A stretch of DNA of 61,258 nt from Blastocatellia bacterium. GTDB lineage: Bacteria; Acidobacteriota; Blastocatellia; RBC074. Shown here piece by piece: positions 1 to 12,421 of this stretch; within the stretch, counting starts at the first letter, position 1; every line of letters begins with the position of its first letter. The translations under genes were made by a program, and so were the position numbers. The stretch spans positions 1-61,258 of the forward strand of contig JBMOHS010000002.1 of the NCBI GenBank assembly GCA_049317725.1, given 5' to 3'. The notes under the pieces were generated by a model that saw nothing but the letters and a program-made list of their open reading frames with translations, searched no databases and was not told the DNA's origin.

Positions 1-913
1 GTTCCTTGGCTTTCTCTGGCCAGAGCACCGAGGCAAGGATCGAGACCCCCAGCACCAGTACAATTGCCCCCAGCGCGATCGCGACCGGAATCTTGTAGAA
101 ATCCGCCAGCAACATCTTCAGTCCAACGAAGACGAGGATGGCGCACAGCCCGTATTTCAAGTAGTGAAAGAGCTGCATCAGCCCCGCGAGGGCGAAGTAG
201 ATCGCACGCAGCCCCAGGATCGCAAAGACGTTCGACGTATAGACGATGAAGGGGTCGGTGGTGATCCCGAGAATGGCCGGGATCGAGTCGACGGCGAAGA
301 TCACATCGGTTGTCTCGACCATCAGCAGCACGATGAAGAGCGGCGTCGCAAATTGACGCCCCATCCGGCGCACAAAGAAGCGATCGCCCTCATACTGCTC
401 CGTCACCGGCATCAGCCGCCGGAAGAGGCGCAGCACCGGATTGCGCTCGGGATGGATCTCCTCATCCCCGCTTCGCAGCATCTTGATTCCGGTCACAATC
501 AGAAACGCGCCAAAGATGTAGATGAGCCAATGGAACCGCTCGATCAGGGCGATCCCCGCGACAATGAAGACCGCACGAATCAGCAAGGCCCCCAGAATCC
601 CCCAGAAGAGAACCTTGTGCTGATACTCTCCTGGGACGCGAAAGTACGAGAAGATCAGCAGAAAGATGAAGAGGTTGTCGACGCTGAGCGCCTTCTCTAT
701 GAGGTACCCCGTCAGAAATTCCAGTGCTGGCACGGGCCCGTAGAAGAAGTAGACGAAGACGTTGAACACCAAGGCGAGGACGATCCAGACGGCACTCCAA
801 ATCAGTGCTTCGCGCATTCGGACCACGTGCGAGCTGCGATGGAAGACGCCGAGGTCGAGGGCGAGCAAGCCAAATACCACCACACTAAACAGAATCCACA
901 TCCACAGTTGCAT
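1..913 (-). CDS. TerC family integral membrane protein; the gene runs off the left edge of the window, so its C-terminus is missing
   Basis: My own reverse-strand translation from ATG at 913 gives MQLWMWILFSVVVFGLLALDLGVF...SVDNLFIFLLIF...ETTDVIFAVDSIPAI, typical TerC/Alx motifs. It is absent from the ORF track because it is open at the window edge. The + strand ORF 164..919 is its antisense shadow. Confidence 0.85.
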   Translation of the reverse strand, partial: MQLWMWILFSVVVFGLLALDLGVFHRSSHVVRMREALIWSAVWIVLALVFNVFVYFFYGPVPALEFLTGYLIEKALSVDNLFIFLLIFSYFRVPGEYQHKVLFWGILGALLIRAVFIVAGIALIERFHWLIYIFGAFLIVTGIKMLRSGDEEIHPERNPVLRLFRRLMPVTEQYEGDRFFVRRMGRQFATPLFIVLLMVETTDVIFAVDSIPAILGITTDPFIVYTSNVFAILGLRAIYFALAGLMQLFHYLKYGLCAILVFVGLKMLLADFYKIPVAIALGAIVLVLGVSILASVLWPEKAKE

Positions 914-953
914 AGTTAGTCGACTCTCTTCTTCAATAAAGGCAGGCGGATTT

Positions 954-1889
954 TTACCGGATGACTTCGACCGAGCACTCAGCCCGCGCCAGAATCGAGC
1001 TCGAAACGCTTCCGATGAGGATTCGCTCGATCAGTCGATGGCCTTTCGCGCCGACAAAGATGGTGCTGGCCCCGACCCGATGGGCGATATCGAGCAGGAC
1101 CTGTTTGGGGTCTCCGTATTCCTGATGGACGATCACGGCCAGCCCGGCAGCGGTCAACTCGGCGGCAGAGGTGGCCAGCATCCGCTCGACCCAGCGCAGC
1201 GGCTGTTCGTCACTCGGCTGGATCCAGCGGGCGTGTGAGGGGTTGGGATGGAAGACTCCAGTGACCACCTTTTCATCGATCGCTGTCACCAGGTGGACTT
1301 CGGTCCCGGCGGGCCACTGACGCTGCCTGACGGCCCGCAGCGCGAGATCGGCATCACTCGAACCATCCAGTCCAATGACCAATCGCGGGGCCTGGTCCTG
1401 TGCCGAAGCGGCGGCTTGACGGACAACGCGCACGCTGCACGACGCTTCACTGACCACCTTCCGGGAGACGCTCCCCACCGTCAGTCGGCTGAACCCAGTC
1501 TGTCCGTGCGCCGCCACCACGATCAACTCGGCCCCCCATTCGGAGGCCCGCTTGAGAATTCCCCAACTGGGTGAATCGGCAAGGGCTTCACTGGTCACTT
1601 CCCAAGCCGGGAAGGCCGCCCGCAGCCGATCCGCACCCGCCGCGGCGATCGCCCCCATCTCTTCCACCTTGGCCCGTGCTGCTTCTTGCGCCCGTTCGAT
1701 CGCCAGCGGCGTTACCTGCACGGCCATCTTTCCCTCTCCCGCCATTGGTGGTGGCAACCAGACATCCGCCACCGCCAGCACGCGGGCTGCCACAAACTCT
1801 GGTAGCCCCGCCCGTGCCAGATCGTCCGGAATCCCCCGCGCCGATTCAGACCCATCATCTCCAATCAACATCTTCATTCGTTCTGTCAT
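954..1889 (-). CDS. Tandem-domain universal stress protein (UspA family)
   Basis: Two Usp-like halves each end in a G-x-x-G...GSVS motif (AHGQTGFSRLTVGSVSRKVV; GAKGHRLIERILIGSVSSSIL). Confidence 0.85.
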   Translation of the reverse strand: MTERMKMLIGDDGSESARGIPDDLARAGLPEFVAARVLAVADVWLPPPMAGEGKMAVQVTPLAIERAQEAARAKVEEMGAIAAAGADRLRAAFPAWEVTSEALADSPSWGILKRASEWGAELIVVAAHGQTGFSRLTVGSVSRKVVSEASCSVRVVRQAAASAQDQAPRLVIGLDGSSDADLALRAVRQRQWPAGTEVHLVTAIDEKVVTGVFHPNPSHARWIQPSDEQPLRWVERMLATSAAELTAAGLAVIVHQEYGDPKQVLLDIAHRVGASTIFVGAKGHRLIERILIGSVSSSILARAECSVEVIR

Positions 1890-2172
1890 GGCTACCTACC
1901 TTCTTCGCTCTTCTCTCCGGGAAGGTCCCCAGCCCACCCTACTCACGATTGGTCGATCGCAGTCCCAGGCTCCCGGATGGTCCCTCCGTCGATGCAAACT
2001 ATAGCATCCCAGCCCCGTTCCCATTGCCTTCCTGCCCGCCGCTCCCCACTTTTTCTTGTGGAAATGTATTGTGGAATTGTTGCAACGTGATGGAAACGCC
2101 AATTGTTTAACAAGGACCTACAACAATTGAAGGCTAGTGTATGACTTCGTTTTTGACGGAGGAGTGACCGAT

Positions 2173-2721
2173 ATGCCCAAAATAGCTGATATCGAATATA
2201 CGCCGAATCCAAATGCAGTAAAGTTCATTCTCAAGGAGCCGGTGACGACCGGGGCCTCTCGATCGTTCCAGAGCGCCGAGGCGGCGCAAGGGGATGCGCT
2301 GGCGCGATCCCTCTTCGAGGTCGGAGATGTCACCTCGGTCTTTTATATGGACCGGTTCATCACGATCAACAAGGAGGAGGCGGTGGAGTGGGAGAGCCTG
2401 CTGAAGCGGCTGGCCGAGCCCATTCGCTCCGCTCCATCGGTCAAAGATGCGCCCCCGCCGACATCGGCCGGGTCTGCTTACGTCCCGGGTGCCGATCCGG
2501 TCCTCGATCGCATCAATCAAGTCCTGGATGAGCGGGTTCGCCCTGGTCTGGCCGGAGACGGGGGCGGACTCGAGATCGTCGGGTATCACGATCACCGCCT
2601 GATGATCCACTACCAGGGCGCCTGCGGTAGCTGTCCAAGCTCGATCAGCGGGACCCTCTACGCCATCGAAAATATGTTGAGGGAAGAGGTTGATCCGGAG
2701 ATCGAGGTGGTCTCCGTCTGA
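2173..2721 (+). CDS. Nfu/NifU-like Fe-S cluster scaffold protein (Nfu_N domain plus NifU C-terminal domain)
   Basis: N-terminus is [20 protein letters not shown]. The C-terminal part carries [10 protein letters not shown]...GACGSCPSS (CxxC). ATG at 2173 follows a GGAGGAG SD. Confidence 0.85.
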   Translation: MPKIADIEYTPNPNAVKFILKEPVTTGASRSFQSAEAAQGDALARSLFEVGDVTSVFYMDRFITINKEEAVEWESLLKRLAEPIRSAPSVKDAPPPTSAGSAYVPGADPVLDRINQVLDERVRPGLAGDGGGLEIVGYHDHRLMIHYQGACGSCPSSISGTLYAIENMLREEVDPEIEVVSV

Positions 2722-2746
2722 CCTTCCGATGTATCAGGGAAGGCGG

Positions 2747-3598
2747 TCATTCAAGGGATTGGTCTCCCCCTGCCCGGCGGGTCGCCTTGCACTGGTAGAG
2801 ATGTTGATCGGCGAGGCGAATCAAGACTTCGAACTCGTCCTCCATGTAGTCTTCCCGTCCTTGTCGGGCCCCTGGTAGACTGGATGATGGCTTGAGCAGG
2901 TCATCGGGGTAGACGGCGATGCCCCAACTGAGCTGGCCCGCTTCGATCCAGCCCCGCCGCTCGGCGAGGATCTGCATCTGCATATTCAGCTCCTGTGCCA
3001 TCCGCTCTCCAACACTCGACCGTGAATCCCGACAAAGGATCGCGAATTCGTCTCCGCCGAGCCGAAATGCTTCGTCGCTCTCTGGCAGCGAGGTGCGGAG
3101 CAGCTCTCCCATCTCGATCAGCAATCGGTCCCCGGCGGGATGGCCAAATCGGTCGTTGACCGATTTGAAGCGGTCCAAGTCGAAAAGAATCAGGAGAAAC
3201 GGTCGAGTCGTCTCCCGGGTGGAAGAGATCTCCTCTCGAACTCTCGCCTCGAAGGCGGCACGGTGGCGAAGGCCGGTCAGAGGGTCACATTCCGCCCGCG
3301 TCTTCAGCTCCAGCATCTGCTGCTCGATCCGTTGCTGGAGGATCTGGTCGAGATAGACGTGCAGGTCCGTCGCTAACGAAGACAAGTCGGGCATCGGTCC
3401 CCCGTCGAGCGACTCACGAGAGCTGGACGAGTCGATCGCGCTGGCCAAGTCGACTTCGATCGATCTCCGCAGTCGCTTGACGCAATCGAAGATCCTCCCG
3501 ATCTCGATCAATTCGTCGCCCTCTGGTCGCACTTCCTCGAAGGACTCCTCCAAGGAGGCCGTCAGTCGTCGCCGCAGCTCTTCGATCCGGTCAGCCAT
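2747..3598 (-). CDS. Diguanylate cyclase (GGDEF domain) with a coiled-coil N-terminus
   Basis: The sequence contains DPLTGLRHRAAFE...FDLDRFKSVNDRFGHPAGD...RLGGDEFAIL. Confidence 0.85.
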   Translation of the reverse strand: MADRIEELRRRLTASLEESFEEVRPEGDELIEIGRIFDCVKRLRRSIEVDLASAIDSSSSRESLDGGPMPDLSSLATDLHVYLDQILQQRIEQQMLELKTRAECDPLTGLRHRAAFEARVREEISSTRETTRPFLLILFDLDRFKSVNDRFGHPAGDRLLIEMGELLRTSLPESDEAFRLGGDEFAILCRDSRSSVGERMAQELNMQMQILAERRGWIEAGQLSWGIAVYPDDLLKPSSSLPGARQGREDYMEDEFEVLIRLADQHLYQCKATRRAGGDQSLE

Positions 3599-3983
3599 TC
3601 AACCATCTTACTCGCTTTCCGGCTGATTGATTCACCGACCCCCCTTCTTTTTTCCCGCCTGTTCCAATCGAGGCAGGAAGGCGGTTTCATCTCGTGCAAC
3701 TGCCCCCCCACCCAGCTCAAATAGAAGGACATTTCAAGGCGCGATCGACACGAGCCCTACTTCTGGCTCGCCTTTCGATTTTTCTTGTGGTAGTCTCCAA
3801 ATTTGGTTTGTCGAGGCCTGTTTTACTGCGTTCCTTTGTCAATGGTCGATCCGCTTGAGGGGCAGAGGCCTGGGACAATGTCCCCTGAACCGATCGGGAA
3901 GTTCAGGCAGAGTGGACACGTTCAATAGAAAAATCATCCAGGAGTTGGCCAGGAATTGGCCTGGAATTGGAGAAGAGAAGATC

Positions 3984-4220
3984 ATGCCAAGAAAATGTCA
4001 AGTGACCGGTAAGAAGGCAATGACCGGCAACAATGTTTCGCATGCGAACAACAAGACCAGGCGGCGCTTCGAGCCGAACCTGCAGTCCCATCGCTTCTTT
4101 ATTCCCGGTGAGGGTCGTTGGATCAGGTTGCGGGTCACGCCGCGAGGGATCAAAACGATCGATAAGCTTGGAATCGAGACGGTACTCGCGAAGATGCGGG
4201 CCAACGGCGAGAAGGTATAA
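3984..4220 (+). CDS. rpmB: 50S ribosomal protein L28
   Basis: The translation starts [34 protein letters not shown]. The internal ATG at 3984 is preceded by a GGAGAAGAG SD. Confidence 0.95.
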   Translation: MPRKCQVTGKKAMTGNNVSHANNKTRRRFEPNLQSHRFFIPGEGRWIRLRVTPRGIKTIDKLGIETVLAKMRANGEKV

Positions 4221-4462
4221 GCAAGGGCTCCGTGCGAACACCCCCCTCTTCCAGTGTGGTGAGGGGGAACTGCTTCCGGAAAGCGTCAAGACCACCTCCG
4301 GTTTCCGTCCTTTACGCGAATCACTCCTGCCTCCCGCGAAACCTTTCATCTTTCTGATCGGAGAGAAACGGGCCTCTTTACCCTGATTGAAAAAGTCTGG
4401 GGCAGTCGATTGCTGCTCCTCTACTCCCCCCCTCCTGCTGAGATACATCTTTTAATCACGTA

Positions 4463-5848
4463 TCAGTTGGTCCGCTTCTTCTCTTTTCCGTGAGGGAAGG
4501 GAGAGGGAGCTTGACTTCGACTACGGCTCGACCGCAAGGGGGCAAAGGCCCGCGCGGTGATGCGGAGCTGTTGGACGAGACGCAGGAGTCGCCGATCATC
4601 GATGGGTTGGCCGTGGAGGACGAGTTCCGCCTCAAGCATCAAGAGCTGCAGAATTTGGGGCGGGATCGGGACGTGTTCTGCCGCGAGCCGGCTGATCAAC
4701 TCTTCATTGGGGGTTTGAACCGAGCAACTCAGGCGGCGGCAGAGCAATTGCCGGAAGCGGGGATAGATCGATTCGATCGCCAGATCACGTGCCTCTGCTG
4801 CCTGACGAAGACGGGCGATGGAAGAGAGAAACTCGAGGGGAGAGTGCCGAGCAGGAGATCGTCGGGGTAGCGGGCGGGCGAATCGTTTGCCGGCAACGAC
4901 GGAGAGCGCTGCCCCGAGAAGGAGCCCTTGCAGAAGGATCCAAATGGTCGGGGTTCCCTGGAAGTAGGCCAGCAGGTTGTTTCGCTCGCTGCGGTACCCG
5001 TGATGATACTCGTCGAAGAGGACCGGGAGAGGCTGCTTCGATGCGGATCCCTCCGCCACTCGCGTCAGTTCTGCGATGAGATGCTGCGCCAGCCGCAGGT
5101 GATCTCCCTTGGGGAGCCCTTGATTTGAGAAGAGAGAGGAGTCGGTCAAGAGGATCACCCGACCCTTTCCTGCTTGAAAATCGGCGAGGAGCGCGCCCGC
5201 ATCATCTTCCACGTGGATGACGGGCGCTTCCAGGAAAGGAATTACCGCCGCCTCCTTGAATCCTCTCTCCCCTCTCTTCTTGGCCGGGAACGGTTTCGAT
5301 CGAGGGGAGGTCTGGAGGCGTGGGCGCGAGAGGATCAGACGGGTTGCATCGGGAGAAATGATCAGTTGTCGAATACCACGGGTCAGGTGTGTCGGCTGGC
5401 TGGGCGCGACCTGGGGTCCCTCTGGACCCGCCGGCGGCTCGGGGAGAACGACCTCAATCGGCACCCCGTCAAAAGGGATGGCGGGGTGTTCGCTGAGGAG
5501 GAGCAGGTGGCCGCCCCGGCGCAGCCAATTGTGGAGAGAGCGGACCTCTTCCTGCCGAAGGGGGACTTCGCTCGAGGGGGAGAGGCCGACGACAATCAGC
5601 AGTGCAGGCCCCATCTCCTCTTCGAGAACCTGATAGGAGTCGCGCCACCGCTGTGCCCGGTAGCCGCTCTCGCCGAGCCATTGGTAGAAGGCCTGCGACC
5701 CCTCGGGCCCGGCATGGAAGCTCGAACGATTGGGCCGATCCGGGTTCTGACTGGGGCGTTGGAGCAACAACCGGGCGGCGCTGAGAGCGATGAGCGTGGC
5801 CGCCAACAGGCACCCGAGCAGGAGGGAGATCAGTCGACGTCGGCTCAT
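4463..5848 (-). CDS. DUF4350-like protein with an N-terminal membrane anchor
   Basis: Family-like stretches GGHLLLLSEHP and GKGRVILLTDSSLFSNQGL are present. The MSRRRLISLLLGCLL start gives an ATGA overlap with the upstream stop. Confidence 0.6.
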   Translation of the reverse strand: MSRRRLISLLLGCLLAATLIALSAARLLLQRPSQNPDRPNRSSFHAGPEGSQAFYQWLGESGYRAQRWRDSYQVLEEEMGPALLIVVGLSPSSEVPLRQEEVRSLHNWLRRGGHLLLLSEHPAIPFDGVPIEVVLPEPPAGPEGPQVAPSQPTHLTRGIRQLIISPDATRLILSRPRLQTSPRSKPFPAKKRGERGFKEAAVIPFLEAPVIHVEDDAGALLADFQAGKGRVILLTDSSLFSNQGLPKGDHLRLAQHLIAELTRVAEGSASKQPLPVLFDEYHHGYRSERNNLLAYFQGTPTIWILLQGLLLGAALSVVAGKRFARPLPRRSPARHSPLEFLSSIARLRQAAEARDLAIESIYPRFRQLLCRRLSCSVQTPNEELISRLAAEHVPIPPQILQLLMLEAELVLHGQPIDDRRLLRLVQQLRITARAFAPLRSSRSRSQAPSPFPHGKEKKRTN

Positions 5849-7014
5849 GGACGTGACTCCTGTCGCCGGAGGCTGGCCGCAGCGGCGAGTGTGGTGTAGC
5901 TCTGCCGGCAATCTTCGAAGTCGGCTCGGCCGGTCGGAAGGTTCCCATACCAAGCCTCTTCAAAGCGGATCGTCAAATGAACGAAGAGGGAGGCCATCTC
6001 CTCTTGGTGACGTAGCGACTGCACATAGTCGCGGTTGGAGATTGCCGGGTGCAGCGTGATCATTCCCAGGTCCGCGAGATGAATCAGCGTGGCCAAGTAG
6101 ACCAGGCGGGTGGCGGTGCGAAAGTCTTCCTCGGCGGCCAGTCGCTCGGCCTGCCCAACCAGCTCATCTGGCTGGACCCCATCGGCAAGGATCTCCCCGA
6201 GTACCTCACGCGTACCCGGCTCGGCGGGGGACTGGCCGAACCGTCTCCGAGCGCGTCGCACCCTCAACAGCCGCCGCGCGCTGAAGAGGAGAATGGCACT
6301 CACTCCAAGTCCAATCAAGATCCGCAGCATGGGAACAGCGGGTGACGCGACTGGCTTGTCGGTTCCCATCGCGTCACTGGTGACGTGACCTCTCCAGTCT
6401 TCTCCCAGCAGATCGTCGAGGAGGTGAACCAAGCGGAGACGGATCGCTCCCCACAGTTGACGCAACAAGTCCGGCTCTTCCGAGGGAACCCGCTGATAGA
6501 CTGGGTCGGCGAGGATCCTTTCCAAGCGGGCTCGCACCCGTTCGTCTTCGGCTTCACGCGCCGGGTCGACCCAGATCATCTGCCGAAGTCGGGCCGTCTG
6601 GTCCGCCAGTTGGAGTATCTCGGCGCGCCGTTGCGCGGTCTCGCCCTCCGGCAGGAGAAGAATTGAGGCGACCCCTTCGCTCAGCCAAGCAGTACGCCAC
6701 GGCAGAGACCTCTCCCTGGCGGTCGTTCCGACACCCAATGACGGCAGGCGACGCAGCCGCTCGGACCACTCGGAAGAGGGCCGCGAAGAATCGGCGAGGG
6801 TGCGCAGCTCATGCTCGATCTGACCGAGCCAAGCGTGATACTTCGAGACTTCGGAGGCGCTGTCAATCCCTTGCGCGCGGCTCTCTCCACAGAGTAGCGC
6901 ACCTGCCAGGAGCAGCCAGATGAACCTCAGATAGCCACACGTACCCTCGCGGAAGAGGGGGCCCCGTTTTTCTGGGTGCCACGATGGCCATTGCCACCGT
7001 TCAGAATGGCCCAT
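5845..7014 (-). CDS. DUF4129-like protein with a signal peptide or anchor
   Basis: The C-terminal region (DFRTATRLVYLATLIHLADLGMITL...SNRDYVQSL...FEEAWYG) resembles DUF4129. The start at MGHSERW precedes the hydrophobic FIWLLLAGALLCG stretch. Confidence 0.6.
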   Translation of the reverse strand: MGHSERWQWPSWHPEKRGPLFREGTCGYLRFIWLLLAGALLCGESRAQGIDSASEVSKYHAWLGQIEHELRTLADSSRPSSEWSERLRRLPSLGVGTTARERSLPWRTAWLSEGVASILLLPEGETAQRRAEILQLADQTARLRQMIWVDPAREAEDERVRARLERILADPVYQRVPSEEPDLLRQLWGAIRLRLVHLLDDLLGEDWRGHVTSDAMGTDKPVASPAVPMLRILIGLGVSAILLFSARRLLRVRRARRRFGQSPAEPGTREVLGEILADGVQPDELVGQAERLAAEEDFRTATRLVYLATLIHLADLGMITLHPAISNRDYVQSLRHQEEMASLFVHLTIRFEEAWYGNLPTGRADFEDCRQSYTTLAAAASLRRQESRP

Positions 7015-8164
7015 CACGCCTCCCGTCCGCCCCAGGGGGCCGAAGAGGTCGCACGGGTCTTCCGGCTGGATACGGGATCGACTCCGGTGCCTCTGGTCGT
7101 ATCCCCGAGTCTGTGTCCACCAGGCGGGGGGCCTTCTCCGGCAGATTCGGTTTTGGAAGGTAGCGTTCGGCAAGAAGCTGGATGTCGAAGCCCTCCCGCC
7201 GAATTCGTGTGTCGAGGTAGAGCAGGGTGAACCCGAGCATGGCAAGTGGTGCGACGAAGAGTTCGCTGATCTGGGTGGCCGTCAGTTGAGCAACTCTGTA
7301 CCAGAGCGGGCCTACGGTGGAGAATGGTTGCAGCGATCGAAGCAGATCGACCTCCACCCCCAACCAGAAGGCGATCCATCCGGCGGGTACCATCAACAGC
7401 AGCCACAGCGACCAGGCACCATAGATCCAGAAGGCGAGCAAGGTTGCGATCCGCCGACTCTCTCCCCGGGCGAAACGGATGCTGCGGGCAACCGCCCGGG
7501 GAGCGGAGCTGCCCTCGACCAAGAGAATCTGTGGGACATAGACGATTCGACTGTAGACGGCGAGGGTCAGCCAAAGCACGGGACTCACCAGCAGGAGCCC
7601 AGCCAGCAGGGTCAGTGCCGAATGGAAGGGAGCCGGGAGCCTTGACGGCCAGCCCTCCCAGATCTCTGTGGCCATGACCAGCCCCACTCCAATCAGCAGA
7701 TAGCCCCCTGCCAGCAAGACGACAACGGCTCCCATCCCGATCAGCATGGCGACGATCAGCGATTGCCACCGTTGGCGGAGGATCTCATAGACAGCTCTTC
7801 GTGCAAACGGAACCCCGGCAAAGAACTGGTCGAAGAAGGATCGTGATGCACCGCCGAGGAGGGCGTAGAAAGCGCCCTTTCCGAAGAGATAGAGCAGTCC
7901 TCCCCCTCCAGCATAGACCAACAGGTCCAGCGTGAGCCCTTCTCCGGACCTGCCATCGAGCGACAGGTGGCTGACTCCGATCGAGAAGAGGATCGATCCA
8001 AGGAAGCTGAGCAGGCTGGGCAGTAGAACAAGGGGCAGGAGCTCCCGTCCGTGTCGGCGGTAGAGTCGAGCCGCCCGGTCGATGATGTCGCCGATCGTCA
8101 TCGGAGTCGGGATCTCTCGCTCCAGCTCAGCCCCCGTTTTGTCCTCGGCTTGAAAAAGTTTCAT
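7001..8164 (-). CDS. Polytopic membrane protein of unknown function; first gene of the DUF4129/DUF4350 trio
   Basis: It has multiple hydrophobic helices and the N-terminus MTIGDIIDRAARLYRRHGRELLPLVLL typical of membrane partners of DUF4129/DUF4350. The start is uncertain (8164 or 8101). Confidence 0.5.
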   Translation of the reverse strand: MKLFQAEDKTGAELEREIPTPMTIGDIIDRAARLYRRHGRELLPLVLLPSLLSFLGSILFSIGVSHLSLDGRSGEGLTLDLLVYAGGGGLLYLFGKGAFYALLGGASRSFFDQFFAGVPFARRAVYEILRQRWQSLIVAMLIGMGAVVVLLAGGYLLIGVGLVMATEIWEGWPSRLPAPFHSALTLLAGLLLVSPVLWLTLAVYSRIVYVPQILLVEGSSAPRAVARSIRFARGESRRIATLLAFWIYGAWSLWLLLMVPAGWIAFWLGVEVDLLRSLQPFSTVGPLWYRVAQLTATQISELFVAPLAMLGFTLLYLDTRIRREGFDIQLLAERYLPKPNLPEKAPRLVDTDSGIRPEAPESIPYPAGRPVRPLRPPGADGRRDGPF

Positions 8165-8239
8165 GGTCGGGTTAGAACTACTTTGGCAAGGTTCCCACTT
8201 CGGAAGGCCGAATGATACATCATCCCCCGGGAGAAGCTC

Positions 8240-10931
<2,692 letters not shown>

Positions 10932-11038
10932 AGATCGGATGATATCCTTTCGCCCAAGGAGAGCCAAGGGGGGCAGACAGGATAGAGAAGGACGCGGTTG
11001 TTTTGTGAGGGGAGGCGGTGGTACTCTGCAGTTCTGAT

Positions 11039-11872
11039 ATGGCAATACATTTGTTGGCCCTCGACATCGATGGAACCCTCCTCAATTCCCGTGGGGAGCT
11101 GACAGAACGCAATCGCACGGCAATTGCGAACGCGCAATCAAGGGGAATCGAGGTGGTGCTGGTGACGGGGAGGCGCTTTGCCTCAGCGAGGATTCTGCTG
11201 CACGAACTGGCCTTGGATCTCCCCCTCGTTTCTCACAATGGGGCGTTGACCAAGGAGGTGGAGACCCTTGCGACCCTCGATTTCCAGCCCCTCGAAGAAG
11301 AGGCTGCCCGAGAGGTGATCGATCTTGGGCGGGAGGCCACTGCTGACATGATCTGTTGTGATGACCCACACGGGTTGGGCACGATGGTCATCGAAGGCAT
11401 CTCGTCGACCAACCGAGTCCTGCAGGGCTATCTCGCACGGTACCGCGATGCAGTCGTCGAGGTCGAGGACCTCCGGGCTTACCTGGATCACGCACCGATT
11501 CAGATGATGTTCTCCGGGTCTTGTCGATTGATGGACCAACTGACGGATCGATTAGAGGCCGCGCTTGGCGATCGGGCGCAAATCTTCCAGACTCGCTACC
11601 GATCTCACGATCTGACGATCCTTGATGTTCTGGGCGCGACCGCTTCCAAGGGGCAGACCCTGGCCGCTTATGCTGAGCGACTGGGGATCTCCCGCGAAGA
11701 GGTCATGGCCATTGGCGATAATCACAATGATCTTTCGATGCTGCAGTATGCTGGCTATGGCGTTCTCATGGGGAATGCCGACCCAGAGATGAAGGGCGTC
11801 GAAGGACTCTACCTGACCACTTCCAATGATGAGGATGGGGTCGCGATTGCGATTGATAGGATGATAGGATAG
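11039..11872 (+). CDS. Cof-type HAD-IIB family hydrolase
   Basis: The N-terminus is [15 protein letters not shown], and [10 protein letters not shown] lies near the C-terminus. Confidence 0.8.
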   Translation: MAIHLLALDIDGTLLNSRGELTERNRTAIANAQSRGIEVVLVTGRRFASARILLHELALDLPLVSHNGALTKEVETLATLDFQPLEEEAAREVIDLGREATADMICCDDPHGLGTMVIEGISSTNRVLQGYLARYRDAVVEVEDLRAYLDHAPIQMMFSGSCRLMDQLTDRLEAALGDRAQIFQTRYRSHDLTILDVLGATASKGQTLAAYAERLGISREEVMAIGDNHNDLSMLQYAGYGVLMGNADPEMKGVEGLYLTTSNDEDGVAIAIDRMIG

Positions 11873-11968
11873 TAGGACGAATAGGTCCTACAGTTCGAGT
11901 TTGGTTAATATGGCTAACCCGTCCTATCGGTCCTATTCTTCCTAGAAATCCTATCCTGGAAATCCTAT
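11856..11968. repeat. Inverted array of ATAGGA-type hexamers (4 forward) and TCCTAT-type hexamers (5 reverse)
   Basis: Forward hexamers start at 11856, 11864, 11872 and 11881. Reverse hexamers start at 11922, 11931, 11940, 11949 and 11963. Spacings are 8-9 nt, with 14 nt for the last one. Confidence 0.7.
11872..11891 (+). terminator. Hairpin at the stop codon of the Cof hydrolase gene
   Basis: The hairpin is gtaggac-gaatag-gtcctac, a perfect 7-bp stem with no U-tract. It is part of the hexamer array. Confidence 0.3.
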
Positions 11969-12413
11969 GAAAAACCGAACAGCAGTAATAGAAACCAACA
12001 AGGGAACGATCCGATTTCTGCTTTACGAGGATCTGGCGCCGATCACGGCCGCCAACTTCATCGAGCTGGCGGAGCGGAAGTTCTATGATGGGCTGACCTT
12101 TCACCGGGTCGAGCCGGGGTTTGTCATTCAGGGGGGATGTCCCTGGGGCAATGGCATGGGAGGCTCCGAGAAGAAGATCCCGCTCGAAGTGACGCCCGAG
12201 CTGAAGCACGGGGAGGCGGGGGCCGTCGCCATGGCCCGTTCCTCCGATCCCAACAGCGCCAGTTCCCAGTTCTACATCACGCTGGGGCCGGCCGCCTTTC
12301 TCGACAATAACTATGCGGTCTTTGGCCGTGTCATCGAGGGGCAGTCGGTCGTCAATTCGATCCGCGTTGGAGACAAGATGACGCAGGTATCGATTGTCGA
12401 AGAGGGAAGCTGA
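11967..12413 (+). CDS. Peptidyl-prolyl cis-trans isomerase, cyclophilin type
   Basis: The sequence contains [19 protein letters not shown]...SQFYITL...AVFGRV. Confidence 0.9.
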   Translation: MKNRTAVIETNKGTIRFLLYEDLAPITAANFIELAERKFYDGLTFHRVEPGFVIQGGCPWGNGMGGSEKKIPLEVTPELKHGEAGAVAMARSSDPNSASSQFYITLGPAAFLDNNYAVFGRVIEGQSVVNSIRVGDKMTQVSIVEEGS

Positions 12414-12421
12414 CGAGCCGC

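Noticed and set aside
164-919. Long ORFs in the supplied track lying antisense to recognisable genes. Examples: 164..919(+), 9106..10080(+), 10158..10985(+), 11766..12962(-), 13323..14249(-), 14582..16126(-), 16345..17268(+), 17290..18411(+), 24672..25730(-), 26147..27421(+), 27551..29122(+), 36995..38440(-), 47557..48621(-), 49298..50071(-), 54853..57471(-), 57122..58360(-).
   Set aside because: Their translations are R/P/G/A-rich low-complexity strings with no recognisable motifs. Each lies opposite a gene with strong family signatures. Long stop-free antisense frames are expected in DNA of about 60% GC or higher.
2050-2061. Identical 12-mer tttttcttgtgg upstream of nfu (2050-2061) and of rpmB (3779-3790) as a shared promoter element.
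   Set aside because: A single exact 12-mer match between two sites in a 61-kb window, counting both strands, is within chance expectation. The flanks do not align.
1890-2136. yybP-ykoY (Mn) riboswitch upstream of the usp-terC pair, since TerC genes often carry one. The minus strand contains cgtgagtagggtggg.
   Set aside because: Only a GAGUAG-like fragment is present. The second half of the four-way-junction motif (UUGACA / AGACC context) was not found, and terC itself has only a 40-nt spacer.
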